From an uncultured Chryseobacterium sp. (GTDB lineage: Bacteria > Bacteroidota > Bacteroidia > UBA10329): a stretch of 64,000 bases of DNA. The DNA lies in NCBI GenBank assembly GCA_964457245.1, contig CAYWET010000009.1, forward strand, positions 25,284 through 89,283. The letters are read 5' to 3'. Positions within the stretch are counted from its first letter, which is position 1. Each line of letters starts with the position of its first letter. The translations under genes and the position numbers were made by a program. The notes beneath the pieces were generated by a model. It worked only from the letters and a program-made list of their open reading frames with translations, did not search any database and was not told the DNA's origin. Shown in pieces: positions 58,245 through 64,000 of this stretch.

Positions 58245-60922
58245 TTCAGATTCGGGCTTAACCAACGTTCAACGTCCTTAACTTCCATTCCTTTCCGTTT
58301 CGCATAATTCTCCACTTGGTCTTTTTCAATTTTGCCGAGACCGAAATACTTGCTTTCTGGATGCCCGAAGTACCAACCGCTCACAGATGCTGCTGGCATC
58401 ATGGCCAAACTGTCGGTAAGGCTCATTCCTGTAATTGAAGAAGCATTAAGCAACTTGAATAATTCAGGTTTTTCGGTATGGTCTGGACAGGCTGGATAAC
58501 CAGGCGCAGGACGAATACCACGATACTTTTCACGTATCAACTCCTCGTTGGAAAGAGCCTCTGAAGGCTCGTAACCCCACGTTTCCTTTCTCATAATCTC
58601 ATGAAGCTTTTCTGCAAACGCTTCAGCCAAACGATCGGCCAATGCTTTAAGCATGATGGATTGGTAATCATCATGGTCGGCTTCAAACTCCGCCAATTTC
58701 GTTTCAATACCAAGACCAGTAGTTACTGCAAATCCACCCATGTAATCCTTCAAACCGGTTTCCTTTGGAGCGACAAAATCAGCCAAAGCTATGTTTGGAA
58801 CACCATCAGCTTTTTTGGTCTGTTGTCTAAGCGAATGGACTACTGAAAGAGTCTCAGATCTACTTTCATCTGAGTAAAGTTCAACATCATCACCAATTGC
58901 ATTAGCAGGCCAAATACCAACCACGCCACTTGCTTGTAGCCACTTTTCAGAAACGATTTTCTGAAGCATGGATTGAGCGTCATTGAACAGTTTGGTAGCT
59001 TCTGTTCCTACAACCTCATCTTCCAGAATTTTCGGATAACGGCCAGCTAATTCCCATGTTTGGAAGAAAGGAGTCCAGTCGATGTAGTCAACCAGTTCGG
59101 ATAGTGGAAAATCTTTGAATTCAGTCAGCCCAAGTTTATTCGGTTTAGCGATGTCTTCCACTTTCCAATCAATTTGGAATTTGTTAGCTCTTGCTTCATC
59201 CAACGAAACGAACTGCTTTACACCCCGCTTCTTGGCGTGCATTTCACGCAGCTTTTCATACTCCTCTTGGATGCCATCCACAAAGGTTTCCTTCTTCTGT
59301 CCAAGAAGACTTTCAACTACCGTAACCGATCGCGAAGCATCGAGAACATGCACTGTTTGACCTTTCGTGTACCGCTGATCAATCTTCACAGCTGTGTGAA
59401 CTCTAGAAGTTGTTGCTCCTCCTATCAATAGCGGAATCTCAAACCCATCGTGCTCCATTTCCTTTGCCAAATGAACCATCTCATCAAGCGATGGTGTGAT
59501 CAGTCCACTCAAGCCAATGACATCCACCTTTTGTGCTTTGGCTTCCGCGAGGATTTTCTCCGCAGGAACCATCACACCAAGGTCAATGATCTCGTAATTG
59601 TTGCAGGCCAATACCACGCCTACAATGTTCTTTCCGATGTCGTGAACATCGCCTTTTACGGTGGCAAGCAATACTTTACCCGCTTTGCTTGAAGCACCAT
59701 CAGCTTCTTCTTCCATATACGGAAGAAGGTATGCCACGGCCTTTTTCATAACGCGCGCACTCTTAACCACCTGTGGCAGGAACATTTTTCCTTCTCCAAA
59801 CAGGTCTCCCACTACGTTCATGCCGTCCATCAACGGACCTTCAATCACATGCAACGGACGCTCCGCTTTCAGACGCGCTTCTTCTACGTCTTCTTCTACA
59901 TAATCTGCAATTCCTTTTACCAAGGCATGCGAAAGGCGCTCTTCAACAGGTGCTTCGCGCCAAGTGAGGTCCTCTTTCTTCTCCTTGGCCTTGCCAACCA
60001 CGGTTTCCGCAAATGACAAAAGCCTTTCGGTAGCATCTTCTCGCCTGTTCAATAGAACATCTTCAACATGTTCGAGAAGGTCCTTCGGAATCTCATCATA
60101 AACCTCCAACATGGTGGGGTTCACGATTCCCATGTCCATTCCATTTTTGATTCCGTGATATAGGAATGCCGAATGCATCGCTTCGCGTACAGGATTGTTT
60201 CCTCGGAACGAGAATGAGACGTTACTCACACCACCGCTGACCTTGGCTCCAGGCAGATTCTCCTTGATCCATTTGGTGGCATTGAAAAAGTCGAGCGCGT
60301 TATTGTTGTGCTCTTCCATTCCCGTTGCCACAGGAAAGATATTCGGGTCGAAAATGATGTCTTGAGGCGGGAATCCAACCTTATTGACCAAGACATCATA
60401 AGAGCGTTTACAGATTTCAATTCTTCGGTCGTAGCTATCTGCTTGGCCTTGCTCGTCAAACGCCATGACAACGGTTGCGGCACCATAACGCTTTATCTTT
60501 TTCGCATGGTCAATGAACTCGGCTTCGCCTTCTTTCAGGCTGATTGAATTGACCACACATTTTCCTTGGACACATTGCAAACCCGCTTCAATGATTTCCC
60601 ATTTGGAGCTATCAATCATGATTGGAATTCGGGCAATGTCTGGCTCAGCCGCCAATAGATTGAGGTATTTGACCATGGCTTCTTTACCATCGATCATACC
60701 CTCATCCATGTTTATATCAAGCACCTGCGCACCACCTTCTACTTGGTCGCGCGCCACCGATAATGCTTCATCAAACTGCTCTTCTTTGATCAGTCGAAGG
60801 AACTTCCGCGAACCCGTTACGTTGGTTCGTTCTCCAACATTTATAAAGTTGGAGCCTTCGTAAATGAGTAATGGCTCAAGGCCTGAGAGTTGTAAAGGGG
60901 GTATGGATAAGATTTCAGACAT
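58235..60922 (-). CDS. metH: methionine synthase, pterin-binding + cobalamin-binding + AdoMet-activation modules (C-terminal 3/4 of MetH)
   Basis: 895 aa; starts with pterin-binding module, B12-binding DxHxxG-type region ([11 protein letters not shown]), activation domain. Confidence 0.9.
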   Translation of the reverse strand: MSEILSIPPLQLSGLEPLLIYEGSNFINVGERTNVTGSRKFLRLIKEEQFDEALSVARDQVEGGAQVLDINMDEGMIDGKEAMVKYLNLLAAEPDIARIPIMIDSSKWEIIEAGLQCVQGKCVVNSISLKEGEAEFIDHAKKIKRYGAATVVMAFDEQGQADSYDRRIEICKRSYDVLVNKVGFPPQDIIFDPNIFPVATGMEEHNNNALDFFNATKWIKENLPGAKVSGGVSNVSFSFRGNNPVREAMHSAFLYHGIKNGMDMGIVNPTMLEVYDEIPKDLLEHVEDVLLNRREDATERLLSFAETVVGKAKEKKEDLTWREAPVEERLSHALVKGIADYVEEDVEEARLKAERPLHVIEGPLMDGMNVVGDLFGEGKMFLPQVVKSARVMKKAVAYLLPYMEEEADGASSKAGKVLLATVKGDVHDIGKNIVGVVLACNNYEIIDLGVMVPAEKILAEAKAQKVDVIGLSGLITPSLDEMVHLAKEMEHDGFEIPLLIGGATTSRVHTAVKIDQRYTKGQTVHVLDASRSVTVVESLLGQKKETFVDGIQEEYEKLREMHAKKRGVKQFVSLDEARANKFQIDWKVEDIAKPNKLGLTEFKDFPLSELVDYIDWTPFFQTWELAGRYPKILEDEVVGTEATKLFNDAQSMLQKIVSEKWLQASGVVGIWPANAIGDDVELYSDESRSETLSVVHSLRQQTKKADGVPNIALADFVAPKETGLKDYMGGFAVTTGLGIETKLAEFEADHDDYQSIMLKALADRLAEAFAEKLHEIMRKETWGYEPSEALSNEELIREKYRGIRPAPGYPACPDHTEKPELFKLLNASSITGMSLTDSLAMMPAASVSGWYFGHPESKYFGLGKIEKDQVENYAKRKGMEVKDVERWLSPNLNYD

Positions 60923-60943
60923 GAGATTTCAGATGTCAGAATT
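60923..60943. repeat. inverted-repeat arm flanking four-helix-bundle cassette (partner 61308-61328)
   Basis: tgagatttcagatgtcagaat vs reverse complement of cttctgatttctgaaatctcg = cgagatttcagaaatcagaag (19/21). Confidence 0.55.
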
Positions 60944-61298
60944 AGTTGTTTTTCAATGTTCTGCGGAATCCGAAAATCATCTTTTCGAGTTCAGACAAAC
61001 GTGTTAATAATGGATTGACCTTGTCTTTATGGGTGTAATTCAGTTCAACTGCAATCAATAGCTGAGTCCTTACTTCAAACGAAGAACCCGAAGCGATGCT
61101 CAGAAACTGCGCAAACTCCTTGTCAGAGTATCTGCCTGCACCTTCGGCAATGTTGCTGGCAATGGAAACCGCTGCCCTTCTGATTTGAGCTGTCAATCCG
61201 AATTTTTCATCAGAAGGGAAATCATTGGTCAGAACGTAAATCTCTTTCGCAACTTCCATTGCCAATTGCCAAACCTTAAGCTGTTCCAAATTGTGCAT
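60942..61298 (-). CDS. four-helix-bundle protein (23S rRNA intervening-sequence-type family)
   Basis: 118 aa; MHNLEQLKVWQLAMEVAKEIY...IASNIAEG...FEVRTQLLIA typical of the family; ATG immediately follows TAA of upstream metH fragment. Confidence 0.8.
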   Translation of the reverse strand: MHNLEQLKVWQLAMEVAKEIYVLTNDFPSDEKFGLTAQIRRAAVSIASNIAEGAGRYSDKEFAQFLSIASGSSFEVRTQLLIAVELNYTHKDKVNPLLTRLSELEKMIFGFRRTLKNN

Positions 61299-62342
61299 TT
61301 ACAGAGCTTCTGATTTCTGAAATCTCGTGTCTGATATCTGCCTAGGCGCATAGCGCGAGGCAACTTCCGCAATTGCCTTGATGTGCGGTGGAGTTGTGCC
61401 ACAACAACCACCGATGATATTGATGAGATTCTCCTTCAAGAAATCCTCAATCTGCGCGGCCATCATTTCGGGGGTTTCGTCATATTCTCCGAATTCGTTT
61501 GGCAAACCAGCATTCGGATGGGCGCTTACGTTGTATTGAGATTTTCCTGCCAAAACTTGAAGGTGTGGCCGCAGCTGCGAAGCTCCCAACGCACAATTAA
61601 AGCCGACACTCAGTAATGGAATGTGAGAAACCGAGATTAAAAACGCTTCAGCGGTCTGGCCTGAGAGCGTTCTTCCGCTGGCATCGGTAATAGTGCCTGA
61701 AACCATGATCGGTAATCGATACCCGATTTCTTCGTACAATTCTTCAATAGCAAACAAGGCAGCTTTCGCGTTGAGCGTGTCAAATACGGTTTCAACCAAA
61801 AGAATGTCTGCCCCACCATCAACCAATGCCTTTGCTTGCTCCTTGTAAGCAATCCTCAGATCATCGAAAGTCACAGCACGAAAACCAGGGTCGTTTACAT
61901 CTGGAGAAAGCGATGCAGTTCTGTTTGTCGGACCCATTGAACCCGCTACAAAACGTGGTTTGTGTGGTTCTTTGGCGGTCATTTCATCGGCAACTTCGCG
62001 CGCAATCTTGGCCGATTCATAATTGATGTCGTAAACCGCATCTTCCAAACCGTAATCTGCTTGTGCAATGGTCGTTCCGCTGAACGTATTTGTTTCGGCA
62101 ATGTCCGCGCCTGCTTCGTAATACTGACGATGGATGTCTTTGATAATCTCAGGGCGCGTGATGGAGAGCAGATCGTTGTTTCCTTTCAACGGTTTTTCTG
62201 CATCCATGAATCGTTCGCCACGATAATCTTCCTCTTCCAACTTATGGCGCTGGATCATGGTTCCCATGGCGCCATCCAGAATGAGAATGCGTTCTTTGAT
62301 AGCCGCTTCGAGTAGTTCTGTTCTATTGCTCATTTGTCGCAA
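61299..62342 (-). CDS. metH: methionine synthase homocysteine-binding module (N-terminal 1/4 of MetH as separate ORF)
   Basis: 347 aa; Hcy S-methyltransferase domain ([21 protein letters not shown] zinc-binding). Confidence 0.9.
   Translation of the reverse strand: MRQMSNRTELLEAAIKERILILDGAMGTMIQRHKLEEEDYRGERFMDAEKPLKGNNDLLSITRPEIIKDIHRQYYEAGADIAETNTFSGTTIAQADYGLEDAVYDINYESAKIAREVADEMTAKEPHKPRFVAGSMGPTNRTASLSPDVNDPGFRAVTFDDLRIAYKEQAKALVDGGADILLVETVFDTLNAKAALFAIEELYEEIGYRLPIMVSGTITDASGRTLSGQTAEAFLISVSHIPLLSVGFNCALGASQLRPHLQVLAGKSQYNVSAHPNAGLPNEFGEYDETPEMMAAQIEDFLKENLINIIGGCCGTTPPHIKAIAEVASRYAPRQISDTRFQKSEAL
61308..61328. repeat. inverted-repeat arm flanking four-helix-bundle cassette (inside 3' end of metH Hcy-module ORF)
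   Basis: see partner at 60923-60943. Confidence 0.55.
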
Positions 62343-62344
62343 TT

Positions 62345-62376
62345 AAAAAGCCTCCAACAATTTCTTGCTGAAGGCC
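62345..62376 (-). terminator. intrinsic terminator (riboswitch expression platform)
   Basis: RNA ggccuucagcaagaaauuguuggaggcuuuuu: 6-bp stem then U5, just upstream of metH start. Confidence 0.5.
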
Positions 62377-62404
62377 CTGTGTTTTCCGTTAAAGGTTCTC
62401 ACTC

Positions 62405-62520
62405 TCAACTTATCTTTTCCCGATTACTATCGGAATAGGATTTGGCACCTTTCCCGATAGCTATCGGGAGGTTGCCAAGACTTCGTAGGGCCTTTTCCCT
62501 CCGTCTTTCTTGATAAGCAA
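62405..62520 (-). promoter_or_regulatory. SAM-I (S-box) riboswitch in metH leader
   Basis: Minus-strand RNA reads cttATCAAGAaaGacGGAGGGAaaaGGCCCtacGAAgtcttGGCAACC...GGTGCCAAATCC...AAGATAAG, matching conserved S-box core elements. Confidence 0.7.
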
Positions 62521-62571
62521 TAAGTTTAAGAACGTGATGCGAAGGTAATTACTAACCTTCAGAGTTCAAAC

Positions 62572-63423
62572 TTAGAAGTCGTACTCGCTGTAATCTTCGG
62601 TAAACTCTTCTGGTTTGAAAGTCGGGTTGATCTTGAGTTTAGAGTACTCATACGTTGCCATCAAACCTTTCTCATCAAATAGTTTCTGATAGAGTGGCAG
62701 GTACGTTTCCTGATCGATGTACATCTCAATTTGCTTGCAAAGCGAGTTCTGAACCTTGATGGTCTGACCAGCTTTCACATCGTCAAAATCTTTAATGCCA
62801 TTTAGTTCGAGAAGCGAATATTCATCCAAGCGAAGTTTGCGCGCAATTTTCAGAATATCCTCGCCAGCCTGAACGGTGTAGCTCTCAATCTTGTATTCCT
62901 TATTGGTCAGCGTCACGTTCCAGCATTTTCGGCCATCGTAAGTCACTTCGCCATTGATGGTCACGTAATCGTTGATCTTGTCCTTGTACTTCAGATAAAC
63001 GTGGTTGAGCAGATCGCCTGTGTAACCGAAACCAAGCTCCTTAACGCTATGATGCTGGTCCTTTCGGAGGATGTCTCCATCAGGATCCAAGTTCAACGTC
63101 ATGAATGGAAACGCGTTCGGGTTAACCTTGGCATTGCCTTTGTTTTCGCCTTCGCGATAAAGCACTTCTGCGCCTTTGTTCGGAACCTGAACCTTCAGAT
63201 AAACTTGGAAAGGCTTGACGTTCAGCTTCACATCTTGCGATCCAGGGGCCATTTTTCCCTTGATGCGTTCGGTTTTGTCTAGATGAAAACTCAGAGTTTT
63301 GATGCCATCAATAGTTGACATCATCTTGCGGAAGATCTCGTGCTTGTCGAGGTCTTGAGCGTTGATCGGTTGAACGAGGACAAGTGCTGAGAATAGGAAT
63401 AAAACGGTTCTTTTCATTTTCAA
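62572..63423 (-). CDS. secreted LysM-domain protein
   Basis: 283 aa; signal peptide; LysM (YTVQAGEDILKIARKLRLDEYSLLELNGIKDFDDVKAGQTIKV). Confidence 0.75.
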   Translation of the reverse strand: MKMKRTVLFLFSALVLVQPINAQDLDKHEIFRKMMSTIDGIKTLSFHLDKTERIKGKMAPGSQDVKLNVKPFQVYLKVQVPNKGAEVLYREGENKGNAKVNPNAFPFMTLNLDPDGDILRKDQHHSVKELGFGYTGDLLNHVYLKYKDKINDYVTINGEVTYDGRKCWNVTLTNKEYKIESYTVQAGEDILKIARKLRLDEYSLLELNGIKDFDDVKAGQTIKVQNSLCKQIEMYIDQETYLPLYQKLFDEKGLMATYEYSKLKINPTFKPEEFTEDYSEYDF

Positions 63424-63439
63424 ATTTTGCGGTTCGAAT

Positions 63440-64000
63440 TTACGGAAGGATGGTTAGCGAAATGGCGTAATGATCGGACAGATGTTTCCGTTTTTTCGAC
63501 CATTGTTGCGTGTAAGTTTTCAGGTCTCGTCTGAGCTTGAAAGGATAGCCCGTTTCGCGTTGCAGAACGTAATCCAACAACTGAACCTGACCCTTCCACT
63601 TTTTCTTGATGAGGTCGTTATTGGCACACCCCCAAGTTATCGGATGGTCAACACTTAGCTCATCAGCTTCGAGAGTCGATACTTTGCCGTCTGAAGCGTT
63701 CAGCGTTGTCAGCATTCCTGAATATTCTTCCTCAACCTGCATGGCGGTATTGAGGTCGCCAAGAATGAATTGTGGCGTTTCAGGTTTTTGGTTCTTATCG
63801 AGCAATTCGGCTATCATTTTAAACTGAGTTGCTCGCACCAAGGCAAACTTCTTGCCATCTTCTGCCTGAACGTGGGTATTGATGAATTGATACGGCTGAC
63901 CGTTGATCTCAACCTCGATGAGCACAGCACCTTTGGCCGATTGGCAATCGCTGACCAGACAATCATCAAAAAAGATGAATTCGGCCTTTTTGATCTCATG
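63440..64000 (-). CDS. endonuclease/exonuclease/phosphatase-family protein (3' part; 5' end beyond window)
   Basis: Frame stays open to window edge (HEIKKAEFIFFDDCLVSDCQ...); C-terminal SDHYAISL motif of EEP family. Confidence 0.7.
   Translation of the reverse strand, partial: HEIKKAEFIFFDDCLVSDCQSAKGAVLIEVEINGQPYQFINTHVQAEDGKKFALVRATQFKMIAELLDKNQKPETPQFILGDLNTAMQVEEEYSGMLTTLNASDGKVSTLEADELSVDHPITWGCANNDLIKKKWKGQVQLLDYVLQRETGYPFKLRRDLKTYTQQWSKKRKHLSDHYAISLTILP

Overview
This 64 kb window reads as a Bacteroidota chromosome, flavobacteria- or cytophaga-like, with about 53 protein genes. Evidence for the phylum: many T9SS C-terminal sorting-domain cargo proteins, an alternative complex III (actABCDEF) plus caa3-type oxidase (coxB-ctaD) cluster, TonB-free OM beta-barrel/TlpA gene sets, and weak Shine-Dalgarno sites. 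All calls are by eye from translated ORFs and motifs, with no database search.

In order along the window:
- 1-8.7 kb: a capsule/EPS locus. It holds a truncated upstream gene, a DUF354-like protein, wecB, a Wzi-like OM protein, a sugar-phosphate transferase, and on the minus strand a Wzc tyrosine autokinase and a Wza exporter.
- 8.7-29.7 kb: housekeeping genes aspS, tadA, an M16 zinc peptidase, ruvB, queG, an AstE/AspA-family gene, ubiX, a TlpA/OM-barrel/CxxC-lipoprotein trio, T9SS cargo proteins and cobB.
- 30.0-33.6 kb: a 1188-aa tail-fibre-like protein. It carries seven tandem 38-aa repeats (a 114-nt coding array) and a C-terminal endosialidase-type intramolecular chaperone (peptidase S74-like) domain.
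- 33.7-36.1 kb: orphan hypothetical genes.
- 36.2-41.9 kb: a tightly coupled operon that looks horizontally acquired and is AT-richer by eye. Its genes, in order, are a small XRE HTH protein, an XRE-ImmA/IrrE (HEXXH) fusion, a PIN-like nuclease, a 3-TM protein with an unassigned cytoplasmic domain, a B12-binding class-B radical SAM enzyme, a divergent UDG-family-4-like protein that keeps the Fe-S cysteines and HPS motif but lacks GE(A/G)PG, an HNH_2-type endonuclease and a 73-aa ORF. I consider this the best candidate for an undescribed defence or DNA-modification system.
- 42.3-45.2 kb: two tandem T9SS paralogues with near-identical 3' ends, flanked by a 46-nt repeat whose hairpin shows compensatory changes.
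- 46.2-57.4 kb: actABCDEF-coxB-ctaD.
- 58.2-62.3 kb: metH split into two ORFs. A 'four helix bundle' (23S-rRNA-IVS-type) gene sits in an inverted-repeat-bounded cassette exactly at the TAA|ATG junction. A SAM-I (S-box) riboswitch with a terminator lies in the leader.

A second IVS-type gene (GxxExxY) sits in an analogous inverted-repeat-bounded cassette between ruvB and queG. I found no rRNA or CRISPR, and no convincing tRNA.
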